Shown: positions 24,000-36,396 of the stretch, piece after piece
Layout of the letters: each line of letters begins with the position of its first letter
Numbering within the stretch: position 1 is the stretch's first letter
Assembly (NCBI RefSeq): GCF_002113885.1
Contig: NW_018479948.1
Span: forward strand, 1-64,000
Source: Mizuhopecten yessoensis
Lineage: Eukaryota
DNA: 64,000 nucleotides
Direction of reading: 5' to 3'
Made by a program: the position numbers and the translations under genes
Notes under the pieces: generated by a model
Database searches by the model: none
Told to the model about the DNA's origin: nothing
Seen by the model: only the letters and a program-made list of their open reading frames with translations

Positions 24000-24506
24000 T
24001 CACGTAATGATGTTTACTCGTAGATATATACATAGGCTGGTAACGGTGATAGATAGCAACACAATAACTCCTGTTAGCTTTAGTATCGTAAAATGGATCT
24101 TGTATTTGTCAGATATACTGTCGTAACTGCTGGATAAACATGTAGTGAGCATGATGCTTTCTGTTTCACAATCCTTCTGATCCATGTTTTCGGTAACAGT
24201 GACATTCGAAGACTGAATCAGTTACTAGTATTCATCGCCATATGAAGCCGACAGTATAACGACCTGTTCCAATAGTACTAATCTGTTACAAAATTATTTA
24301 AATGCTTTTGGCCCCCTACGCGGTAAAATGTCTAATAATTTTCTTGCTCTGTCGAATCGGTTGTTTTCTACGATGATACCTTACACCATGTACTTGGGTA
24401 GAATATTGGATTTGAATAAATGATCTGTAACATATAATGTCGGTAGACGTTCTACGAGCAACACTCGGTTCTTTCTTAAAACGGATTTGTGCACACTGTC
24501 CATCAT
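24000..24506 (-). pseudogene. CARD-domain gene (RAIDD/caspase-2-like CARD) with an in-frame C-terminal hydrophobic segment and four in-frame stops
   Basis: From the ATG at 24506: MMDSVHKSVLRKNRVLLVERLPTLYVTDHLFKSNILPKYMV*GIIVENNRFDRARKLLDILPRRGPKAFK*FCNRLVLLEQ. The same frame continues after TAG TAA (24227-24222) into ORF 24000..24185, which ends ILKLTGVIVLLSITVTSLCIYLRVNIIT. Confidence 0.75.
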
Positions 24507-24870
24507 AAATCGATGTTCTCCTGTCTGTAATTTTCAAACTAACCCATGTGTCGATATGAACAAAAAGTTCTAACAGTTTTGATTTAAGACGGGTGAATTC
24601 AAACGTTGGAAATAAACTGGACATTTAATAATTCTCTTATCTCTGACAAGGGTCTTCAAATAGTTCGGGAAATGTTTAGCACGCTTTTTTTTTGCCAGGG
24701 AGAGCACCCGGTGACCTCACGGGTTTCAGAGAAATAAACCGGGCATTTAATAATCCTCTTACCCACACATTTAAATCGACACCTGAAACGTTGTCATACG
24801 TTTTGGGTTTTGATCTAATGGTACGGTAATTTGATAATTTTTATTGTATTTGATGGTCAGTGTGTTTGTG

Positions 24871-25700
24871 ATTCAGATCCGGTACATATTTGTTGTGTAG
24901 TTTTCGACATCATAATACGAGCCAGGGAAAATATTCTACAAAAGTTTATATATATACCTTTTCCATATTAACACAGAAATATTAGCCATTGTTTTTTCTT
25001 ATAACTTTTTTCATATTTGGTTTATTTTCACAAACATTAACGACACAATACCAGCACAAACACACACGTACCTACATACAAATGTACCTACCTGTGCATC
25101 TAATAAAGGGATGTATACCACGATACTTTTGATAACATTTACTAAGAAATGTTTTTAGACACTTATTCATCTCATTTATTTTCACAGACACAAACATAGA
25201 AACATAAAAACATATGAATGCATACATCTATTAAAGTGATATATAGAAGAATACTTTTACAGCATTTAAATAAGTTTCGAACATTTTATGTATATACCAG
25301 TTTCATATTTACTAATTTTTTCTTCTTCATTTTCATAGACATACACAGCACAATGCTAACATACCGACCCATTAAACATAGTTAAACTACCACACACGTA
25401 CCTATAACATACGTCTAATAAAGTGAGGTATACCACAATACTTTGATAACATTGAAATTAGTTTTGTCATTTCTAACAGAGATAAAATATTCTACAACAG
25501 TTTTTATATGTACCTGTTCAATCTTTACAAAGAAATTTTAGACATCGATATACAAACACACACGTACCTACATACAAATGTACATACATGTTAATTTTAG
25601 AAAGTGATAAAAAGGACAATATGTTAATAGCATTGAAATAAGTTTTATCATTTTTAACAGAGATGAAAATATTCTACAACAGTTTATATATATACCTGTT
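24871..25700. repeat. Left arm of a long inverted repeat, internally made of degenerate tandem units; partner at 28761-29216
   Basis: attcagatccggt..ttgttgtgtagttttcgacatcataata..cacaaacacacacgtacctacatacaaatgtac is the reverse complement of sequence in 28920-29216. Confidence 0.85.
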
Positions 25701-25809
25701 CATTATCTACTATTGGTGGAGGACACAAGGAGGCGGAAAATCCGCCGGGATTGTCGAACGGTGTTTATGAAGCGAATACCGTTGAAGTAGATATTCTAGA
25801 GCTCGGTTC

Positions 25810-26290
25810 ACACACGTGATAGACGTTAACTTTTGATCGTGAAGCGTGTGATGAACGTCGACATTTTTTCACTGGATGCACGTGATTGACGTCAAGGTTT
25901 TTTACTCGATGCACGTCACTGACCTTATTTTTTTCTCGATGCACTTGACTGACAATTATCTTTTTACTCGATGCACGTGGTGGACGTTGATTATTTTACT
26001 CGATGCACGTGACTGACGTAAACTATTTTTACTCGATGCACGTGGTTGACGTTAATTCTTTTTCTAGATGCACGGGGTTGACGTAAAAATTTTGACTGAA
26101 TTCACGTTATTGACGTTAAATTTTAAGTTGTAAGTGCGATCTCTCCGTACATAGAAAAAAAGTATTGGAATCTATGTAAAGGTCTGAGATCTGAAGTCAA
26201 CGTAGTTGCATGACGTTAAATATTTTGAATTGATTCACTTGATTGACGCCAAGTTTTTGATTCGATGCACTTGATTGGCGTTTAATTTTC
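25810..26290. repeat. Degenerate ~33-bp tandem array rich in CACGTG and TGACGT motifs
   Basis: Recurring unit tttttactcgatgcacgtgactgacgt, about 12 copies. Confidence 0.8.
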
Positions 26291-28440
26291 ATCATTACAT
26301 GTATGTGGTACCGTTCGTGATGCCAGGTTTTCGGTCAGATGTTAAACGCTGGGTGTAGTTATTTTGTATTAGATGTACGAAAACGATGTCAAATTTGATC
26401 TCGTTGAACGTGTTTGATGTATCGCCGGTGTAAATAAAACCAAAATGAATCGCAACTCCTCTCGTCTCTTTCAATCAATCAGACCTCGCTTCTTAACCGA
26501 GCGTATGATTTATAGCACTACTTGGCAAACTAACTAATGTTGTATAAACGAAAACTGGTGCCCACCCATCCCCTGCACGTGGTCCTAACATGGGAACGCT
26601 TCAGACTTCCACTCCATAACCATGTATGCAATTGGTGAGTATGAAGAGATGAATATACAAAGCTAGCAGGATTTGCCCTAAGGGCCTGACACATTCTTGA
26701 TAACTTTATCCCTCGGTCGTCACATTGAAACTGTCGAAATCGACACCCTTTAACCATATACACATTTAAAGATTTGGAACCGAGGATCGTCCCGATTTCA
26801 GATGACTAAATGCCACGATCATAACTATAACAAGGTCGAGATCCCTACCCGAAAACGATATAAACAATTGTTGAATGTTGTACGCTAGACACGAAGAGTT
26901 GAACACAATGATATCACAAAGGAATGAAGTACAGGGGTCCGGTTTAGTTTAAATCAATTTTATTGCAACAAAAGACAAATGTATTGGACAAAAGTTATTG
27001 CAACTTACTTACGTCCTTTCCGTAACAGAAAATATATATACAAAATTAATGTGTCACGCAATAATCTAATACAGATTTATATATGTATATATATATAAGA
27101 TGTTAAAGATGGGTTACAACAAAAGAGGTAATGATAGGATTAGGGACACCAACGTATAGTGTTTAAATATGTATTCGGAGAGTTTACTTGAGATCGCGTA
27201 TGTGATTTTCCCAATCGAGTCGGCGTAAGTAGTATAACTAATCTATACACACATATCCTTCTGCTTTTCTAAAGTTCAATCACATTCCGTGCCGCATTTG
27301 CTTTTCTCCTGTGTCACTCCAAGTCTTTCTGTTAATTCTTGTCTTACATACTTAGCCGACTAGATTAGGAAAACCGGACACGCACTCTTTGTCATATGGA
27401 AACGGTTATGATATTGATGGACGCTAAGATTAAAGTTAGTACACAGAGATCGTTGGTGTTGGAAAAAGGGAGAGGGGCTGGAATGAGAGAGGAGGGGGAG
27501 GGGAGAGACAGATGGGAATAGTCGAAGTAGGTATCCTGGTTATTCAATAAGACTGTTGGTTATTACATGTTAAACCGTTTGGAGCTAAAAATGAACAGTT
27601 GTACAGACCTACAAATTTGAACGTTTAGATTGTAGTCAAGGTTTGCATCTCCGAAGAGAAGGTGGTCCTATCCTTGGGAACGGATCCGCAGCGTCATAAC
27701 ATGGAGGTGATTGAGATCCCAAACATATCACATGGATATACATATATGTATACGATTCTCTATCGAATTCGATATGATGCCTTCATTAGAAATGGGATTA
27801 TATTGCAGTACAAAGGAAGAGTAAAAACTCCCCTGGTACATTGTAGCCAACGTTCAAGAGAGTAGTGCAGTTCATACACTCTCCTGATCGTAAAATAAAT
27901 CCAAGTCCGTTTACGTTATTACGGGATTTTTCGCGTTATTACGACTTTTATTTTCGCGTTATTACGTATTCACTTCACGTTATTACGTGATTTTATTTCA
28001 AAGTCTAGACATTGTTTTTCACAAAACAGTCATTATTTTCCTAGCGTTGATCAATTTGTAGTGAGAATGAACCAATTCACGTAATTCACGCTCATTGCAT
28101 AACAACGAAATGGCACGACAAACATTTAACGTCGATCTTACACACCGAACCAAATATTTACACTTAAAACGCGACATCGATAGGAAATTTTCACAAGACC
28201 GACAATTTGGCGTCGCGCAGTCGCATCGACCTCGAAATTTACAGTTCACCTCGTAATTTACATACGACATAAAGGCATAAAAGGTCTTCTGATAGGAACG
28301 AAAATTACTTGTCGCTCACACACATCCGGTCGAAAACTCACACTTCATAAGCGACTTCGAAAGAAAACCTCTACTCGTAACACATCGACACGACCGAAAA
28401 GTTGACGTCGTGCAGTCGCATCGACCTCGGAATTTACACC

Positions 28441-28761
28441 TCGGACAAGTTATACAGAGCGTGCTTAAGGAAGGAAAATATGTGCTGGGGAAGGCAAAGA
28501 TTAGAAAATGGTTGGAGAAGCAAGAGGACCACGGGGTGCACGCTAAAGTGACCAGGTAGTTTCGGAGGAGAAAAAGTCATCTCTCCTTTCATAGACTATC
28601 AGTGGGACGCCGACACGGCCGTCTTGGCGTCTCGCGCAACGGAGAACGACGGGTACGGTTACTTTCTGCTGGCGATCGACGTGTTTTCTCGCTACGTGTG
28701 GACGGTTACACTGCGCATGCTGCGGGGATCGGAGATGGTAAAGGCTTTGCGCTCGATGTTA
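28441..28761 (+). pseudogene. Polinton retroviral-like (rve) integrase, N-terminal/core fragment
   Basis: With frameshifts it reads DKLYR/VLKEGKYVLGKAKIRKWLEKQEDHGVHAKVTR*FRRRK/VISPFIDYQWDADTAVLASRATENDGYGYFLLAIDVFSRYVWTVTLRMLRGSEMVKALRSML, a typical Polinton integrase motif set. The ORF track does not show this frame. Confidence 0.85.
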
Positions 28762-29216
28762 CACATGTATATGTAGGTACGTGTGTGTTTGTGCTCATAT
28801 TGTGTCGTTATTGTTTGTGTAAATCAAAACATGAAAAAGCAATTAGAAAAAATAAACCTATGGCTAACATTTCTTTGTAAATATGGAACAGGTACATATA
28901 AAAACTATTGTAGAATATTTTATCTCTGTTAGAAATGATAAAACTAATTTCAATGTTATCAAAGTATTGTGGTATATATCAATTTATTAGATGTACAGGT
29001 ATGTACATTTGTATGTAGGTACGTGTGTGTTTGTGCTGATAATGTGTCGTTAATGTTTGTGAAAATATGAAAACAGTGATAAGAAAAAACAAACAAATGG
29101 CTAATACTTCTGTGTTAATATATATGGAACAGGTATATATATAAACTGTTGTAGAATATTTTCCCCTCATATTATGATGTCGAAAACTACACAACAAATG
29201 TTAACCGGATCTGAAT
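28761..29216. repeat. Right arm of the long inverted repeat (partner 24871-25700)
   Basis: Reverse-complement match described for the left arm. Confidence 0.85.
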
Positions 29217-29799
29217 GTGTCACTATTATGTTAGCTGAACCTTTTCATTCGTAAAATATGGATCGATATTTACTTGAAAGTACACTTTAAAAAAAACATT
29301 TGTAAAACACTTTCGAGAGAAACATGGTTAATGGTACATTTGTATGATCAAATATGTTAATCGTTAAGTAAAGATCTTTATAAGTATCTATATGAACGTA
29401 TAAATATGTTATAAACAGAGCTCTTCTATCTGAACCGATTTTGGAAGTTTGATTGCGTTCGTGTTTTTTCCTGCCCTGTAAATGTGTATATGGTTAAAGG
29501 AGGGGGATCTCAACCGGTATAAAGTTATGACCAAGAAACTAAATCTCTCAAGAACGAAGCCATACCCTGTGGTCAACCCTGCTAGGTTTTTTTTAATATT
29601 AATCCCATCCTAATTCGCAATTTCATATATGGTTATAGAAAAAAACAACCATAGCAAAGAGTCAACTAAAGCTTAAAATCGATAAAACTAGAGCCAAAGA
29701 GGATTAAACGCAGGGCGTTAATTAACGCAGAATTAGCGGTTAACGAATCGTTAAATTTAACGACATCACCGGGCCCTGGTGTTATTATTTCTGTAATTG

Positions 29800-30100
29800 T
29801 AATGTGAAGGTTATATATGGTGAAGTGGTCATACTTAGCGATGCGATGGTTATATTTGGTGTAATGGTCACACCTTACATTATGTGGTAGTTTTATTTGA
29901 TGTAATGGTCAAACTTTCCATTTTGATAGTTATATTTGGTGTAGTGGGCAAACTTTCCAATTTGACTTTTATATTTGATGTAGTGGTCAAACTTTCCAAT
30001 GTGATGGTTAAATGTTGGTGTAGTGGTCACACGTTTTAATTTGATGGTTTCGTTTGGTCAAATGTTGACGCTTTCCAACATGAGTGTTTCATTTGGTGAT
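29800..30100. repeat. Degenerate ~39-40 bp tandem repeat (gatggttatatttggtgtagtggtcaaactttccaat)
   Basis: About 7 diverged copies are visible. Confidence 0.7.
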
Positions 30101-33100
30101 GTGTTAGCCCAGAATAATAGAGTTGTATGTACTTTTACATATAATTATATTCATCAATTCGCGATTTGTACTGTTCTGAAGACGATACCATGTTATTGAA
30201 TGTTACGAATTGTAAAACTTACTAGGAGGTTGAAATGGTCGGAAGGTAATGGTTTGGTGCCGCAGATGGTCATTTTGAGACCTGGACATTATCTTCATTC
30301 AAAATTTGTATTTCTATCTTACGTATGTAAATGAGCATTTCTGTTATATTATTTAAGGGTGCCTATTTTCAAATCCAAACTCGTGCATATTTGTTTAAAT
30401 GAAAATGTATTGATTTCAATCAATGCCTCTAATGAATGTGTCATTGAATTGAGTAGACTTGTTCCACATGATTACCCTTGATTGACATGACAAACGAAAG
30501 CAATAAAATTGGCATAGAATTGTTCTAGATTTCGCCGTCATATCCTGTGGTATTATTACGCTGAAATATATTATTTATATAAATCTGGTGGTTACACAAT
30601 CATACGTGATGTTGAAATGCAATATCGTTAATTGAGTAACCATGAAATGCTTAATTATATTTCAATAATACATTTGGATACACGATAACTTGTGTATATT
30701 ACAGGTATGTTGATCGAGTTGTCATAGCAATATCACTCTTTTCATCAATTTCTAAAATAAAATCTGCAGTCGAATGGAATTATGTATTACACTTTGTATG
30801 GGTGTGATACAATCATATGTGAATAAAGACACCTTCAATTCAATGACTGGTATTTTTATATTCCTCGGTATAAACATACCAGGCTCTTCTGAAAATGGTT
30901 TTCATATGTTAGAGTTGTCCTAACCCCAGAACCTGTTCTAGGAATTTCTCGATAGCAACTGCAAAGCTTTTTATCTGAGAGGGTTCAGCTTAAATAATGT
31001 AACGGATGTCCTGATGACTTTCTTGTTTGATATTTTTACTATCTTTTCTGATTGAAGCATTTTCACTTTGCTTGACATCGTTACTGCCTACCCACATGAC
31101 AGGATTAACCGAGGTACACTGGTTTTGTTTAGGTTCACAAGAAAATATCATTTCTCTGGATGTCACTATAGTTCATGTTGCAGTCTGTTAGTATTGGCTT
31201 CGAGTTTATATTTTGTCATAGAAGAACGGCGTTTCGGATGGTTTTCGAAGACCAAATTGACATACCATCCTGTCTTTGTCCATCGATAAACCAATGACGT
31301 AACAATCAATTTATCCTCTCAAGAGAAGATAACTCTGCAATATGCAAAGACGGAATACTACTATTGTCTGATGTTTTTCATCCGGGGTGTTTGATCTTTT
31401 CGAATAAATTTTATTTTACAACAATAACAAAACTGTTTCTTTACATTTTAAAATCATCTTTTCTCTGTTAAGAAACTGCAATCCATACATCAGTTAATCT
31501 GTAAAAAATGTTTGCTATAGGAATTACAATAGCATCAATAGTGAAGCGATAACTCCTTACTGATTACACACGCATTCAGTGAGGAACAAAAAAGCGCGAT
31601 GAATTTTCACTTTGCCTCGGATAAACAACGGATAAACGCTTAGTTCTGGTACATATGTATTATGTATATTACTACGAATCCGAAATAAGCCTTGAACATT
31701 TTCTTATCAAAGTGGAATGAGGAATATTAGCTAATGTTTAGATGGAAATACCGAATTGATAACAACACGAAGTCAATTTTATCTAAAGTGTTTTGTAAAT
31801 AAAGGTACCGTTAGATATAAAACGTATCCCCAAAATAAAGACTTTCTTCCTTTCATTCGACAGCTTAGATATGTTGCTTATTTCAATCCCTTGTTTTTCT
31901 GACGTCATCTCTCATTTTTGGAATAGAGCGAGCTTCTTTAAACTTGTCTAAGTGTACATGTAATAGATTAGCTTACATGATATCAAATGAAGAGATGTTC
32001 GAAGTACAGCATAACTTATATTGATTGATTGATTGATTGATTCACTTTTGAAATATGCATCAGAAGTTTACAAATATCTTCACATATTCAATTAGACTAT
32101 GAAATAAATATTGTTGCTGGATTACGTGGTATGTAAGAATTAATAATACGTCTGTCCAACTTGTTCATACACACCTGGAACGCATACGCGTGCAGCATAC
32201 AGGCACAAACTCACGCGCGCAAATACAATGCACGTGTGCGCGTCTTCTTAAACACATTAAAACGCAATATAATTTACCTAAATTGTGAGAGAATTAACAC
32301 TTCTTAAATAACAATACCTGTTATTTATTTATTATTTATTTATTTTCGAATCAGAAGAACTGATTTTGTTTGAATTCTACTGGAGATATTCGAAACATAG
32401 AAAAAAACAATTTACGCGCGATAAAACGTATATATATATATATACAATGTAAGTCATAGTGAACAATAATGGCAAGATTCCAATGACAAATGTAACAAAG
32501 AACACGAGCTTTTTACACAACATGTGCTTACAAAAGCAAAAGTGAAATAAGTTGCTCTGGAAGGGTACATACATTTTTTTTTATCTTAAATTATACCAAT
32601 ATCTAGTTGTAACAGGGACCGTTACTTAAGGCGTCCATACTAACACTGTAGTCACAAATGATGCTTCATAAATTATCACAATGCCATAACACATCTGCAT
32701 ACAGAATCTGAACAAAATCGGTCAATATCTAATTGTCAATCAATCAGGACCCGACCTAACAAGGACATATTATGAAAAGAAAAGAAAAAATCAACGAAAG
32801 CCACTGAAGTTTTTTCAAGTGTCATTGCTGATTTTAATACAACATTTAAGGGATATAGGACACTGCATAATTGAGACTTTTCCAAAGCTAGGCTGCAACA
32901 GCTATTTTGCGGTAGATGTTGACTTTGTGTTTCCCATCTTCAAGAACACCATCAAAATATTAATTTTACCAACCTATATTACAGTTCATAAAACAGAACA
33001 GATTTCAATTTTCTTTTGATGAGATGTAGACCTAAACCTTATCACAACAAAAACACCCATTAAAATTCGAATGAGCATTTTGTTCGTTTTTCGTAGGAGC

Positions 33101-33707
33101 ATAAAACTGAAATTCTTAAAAAGTCAGATTTTTCCTAAAAGAATGTTGTCTAACTAATAACACATTGAAGGATCATTTTTGATTTAACCAAAACTAAGGA
33201 TCATATACTACAGTATACATGTAAAAATATCTTGCTATGGTCAGTTATCAGATATTAACAGACAAATCAACAGACGGAAGCCATCTCAAGTAATGATATT
33301 TTCTAGACAAATATGTGTTCATCTTAGAATAAAAGTATCTTATAACTTTTGAATACAATATCTTTTCAAGATGGCCCCCAAAATATTCATTCTACTGCTT
33401 AATCAGTTGTCAGATTCCCAGACAATTTTCTTGCAATATAAATGGAATTCAGAGATGTTGTGTTTGTTTGATACTTTGTTTTCATATATTTATTAAAGTT
33501 TTATGCCGTATTAACGGCTGATGACATTTACAGATAATGTTTTGCAAGACGCAAGAGTATGATATGTGTTCGATGGCAGAAGGAAGGAAGAAAAACAAAG
33601 ATGCTTTTGAGTTTGTATTCAAACTAGTGATTCTAGATTCACAAGAAAACAACTTATTTCAAGATTTGTCGGAACATCTTAGCCCTTTGGTGCAACTGTT
33701 TTGGATT

Positions 33708-33965
33708 TTAAATAATTCTAAAATGGCCAAGATAATAATGTATAGTTGATGTATGAGCACACATTCCCATAGTTCTTTGACCAACTGGGCATTGGCAGTA
33801 GTAATCTATTACTGGATTATTATCATTTGGTGTCGTGCTGTGCTGAATCCAGACATTATATTGAGTCTGGCTTTTGTGTCTGGAACAAATCTGGCAACAG
33901 ATGAGGTCGTGATAGTGCTGATTCACCCATATTACATAATCTTTACGAATTCTGACTCTGCTCAT
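33708..33965 (-). mobile_element. SWIM-type zinc-finger fragment resembling the C-terminus of DDE transposases
   Basis: ICSRHKSQTQYNVWIQ...IDYYCQCPVGQRTMGMCAHTSTIHYYLG has the CxCx(n)CxH pattern. No intact DDE core is visible. Confidence 0.55.
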
Positions 33966-35469
33966 TTGGAGAGATTTGGCTGTTTACCCTCTGAGCAAAA
34001 CAGTTTGTTTCTGTGAGATGAATCTTCAGTTAATGTGCCTGTTCTCTGTCTTTTCTGTCAGTGTCCGGTGATCTTTGATAAATTGGTCCCCGTATCCAAT
34101 TGAGACATGCAGTCACAATCTTTAGCACTCCCATAAGTATATCAATAGTTCTCTACTCAAATGGTCAGGACGAAGGAACACTGGAACACTGGAACTATAG
34201 ATTTAGTCAATGCTTGTACTATAGACTGAAAGGTTTTTGGAATACTAGGCAGAGAAATGCCAAGAGCGAAAAACTTAATTACAGAGATATCAGTTTTTAT
34301 CTTAACCCAAAACAGTTAAAGAGCATTTTGTGCAGTTTTGTTATATACTGAAGAAGAAAGAAATGTGAACAGGATCCGTAAAACAGGTCCTTGATTGTTA
34401 AGAAAACAAAACCACGAGTGGTTTCATCTTCAAAACTTTCTGTTTCAATTTCTCTTTAGTCTCTTTAAGTCAGTTTATCCAAGTCATTATATTTTTTTCT
34501 TTTTTTTACATTTCATGTACCTTTACATTTATGAGATTTCGCGAAGATAGGATGGCGACCTTCACCAATACATTTACTCTTCATTTTGAGATGAATATCA
34601 ACAACTGAGTATGAAATATCCCCTAAAAGCAATGTAAAAACGAAAGTCTGATGTTAAAATGTATAAAAAATTATAAATGTGTAAGAACAAATTCTAAAAA
34701 GTGACAAGAAAATTACATTTGATCTCGAAATTGATTGTTAATAAAATATTTATCAATCACGCCAAGTGATGAAATAAATTGGAATTTGAAATTGTTTGTG
34801 ACTTAACATGCACTGAAAGATTTATTGTAGGCTTGCAACGAATTCGTAACCAATGACCTGTAATCAGGTGCATTGCTTTTAAGTGGACGCCAGGAAGATG
34901 TCTTAGGCCCTCACCTTATTGGGCACACTGGATACTTTGTTGTGCGAAATGAATACTTTCCACCACATTTTTGTTATGAATTTGTGCAAACATATTTGAA
35001 GTAACACCACTTCTTCATACTATGATAATTTTTGGTATAAAAAAATAATAAGAATGAAAAATCCTATATTTTACATTAAAATTTTCACAAAATGTTCAAT
35101 TTAACTCATATTCTGGATGATAAATATATTATTACAGCACTACAAGAGAGTAAACGTCCTTTCCCAAGTAATACGATGCAAAAAATACGATTATTTTTCA
35201 GAAAAATACTTTCAGAATGATATAGCATTATTCGTTCCCCATGCTGTAGTAAGGTTAATTAATCATCTAAATATTTAGAAGAGTGATTCAAAGTAATAAC
35301 ATCGGATGTATAAGGGATTGAAAAAAGTTAAAACAACAGCATAAATCTCGTAGCACTTCTGAAACAAAATTTATGAAGGGGCAGGCTCCTATGTAATTCA
35401 ACATAGCTGGAAATAGTCCCTTTATAAAAAAGCCTAAATATACCACAATCGCCAAATAGCATGATCCCC

Positions 35470-35625
35470 GGGTGAGAAATCGTGTCGGGGTGAGAAATCG
35501 TGTCGGGGGGAGAAATCGTGTCCGTGTCGGGGGGAGAAATCGTGTCGGGGGGAGAAATCGCGTTGCGAATTTTAGCACGATTTCTCGAGCATATGAGAAA
35601 TCGTTTCGGGGTGAGAAATCACGCC
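35470..35625. repeat. Short 18-bp GC-rich tandem repeat (gagaaatcgtgtcgggg), probably a transposon subterminal repeat
   Basis: Directly visible; produces the RFLPPT / RNRVGG shadow ORFs. Confidence 0.75.
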
Positions 35626-36342
35626 GTAACAGCCCTTCCTTAAGGTATACCTGATATGACTGAAATTTTGTCTGATTGTTTTTCTTCTAGTACTACTGTT
35701 TGGGTGCGATGTGATAAGAAATCTGTGATCCATGTGAGTGTGTTCCCTCCCTGTTATTCCATAGTATACGTGGGATTTTGTCCAATGCTTTGGCAAAGTC
35801 CATTATGATGATCTCTGTGTGTTGGTGTTACTATTTTGTGCAAGGTCGCGAAAGAATGAGGTGAGTTGTGTTTCACAAGATCTGGAGGATCAAAAGCCGT
35901 GTTGGAGGTTGCCAGAATACATAGAGGATATTTAATGGCGCACTGGTGAAAAATATCAAAATGTTAGTCACACTCGTGAAATATATTTGGTATTACTGAA
36001 GACACCATTAAATTTTCTATTTATTGCATTTTTAAAGCATAAAACATTAAAAATGTAATGCATAAAAACAGGGCGGAAATCAGAAGCGTAATAATTAGCA
36101 CCATATTATAATGACGTCACGCTTGACAACAAGGCTGCGCGCTATTTTGGTTAGGATACTCAACGCAATTCCGACGTTTCTGCTATTTTCTGGTATGATT
36201 GCTTATACAAATGTTAATGATTGTTGAATGCACAATAATGATGTGGGAGTGATAATGAGTGTTGATTGCACAATACATATGCGTAATTTGTAATTTATTG
36301 TAAAGTATAGTTATCCAATAAGTTGTCAAATAAAAGTTGAAT

Positions 36343-36343
36343 T

Positions 36344-36390
<47 letters not shown>

Positions 36391-36396
36391 TGTGTA
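36343..36396. repeat. (GT)n microsatellite
   Basis: Directly visible. Confidence 0.95.

Larger units (their letters stand above)
20406..29630. mobile_element. Decayed, internally deleted and rearranged Polinton/Maverick (adintovirus-like) element
   Basis: PolB, packaging ATPase and rve integrase remnants sit together with inverted repeats. I recognised no capsid or protease gene, terminal motif or TSD, so the boundaries are approximate. Confidence 0.8.

Noticed and set aside
24316-24624. 102-aa ORF as a Polinton gene
   Set aside because: It has no recognisable motif and overlaps the CARD frame, which explains the region better.
28602-28880. 92-aa plus-strand ORF
   Set aside because: Wrong frame. 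The overlapping frame carries the integrase motifs QWDAD and LLAIDVFSRY.
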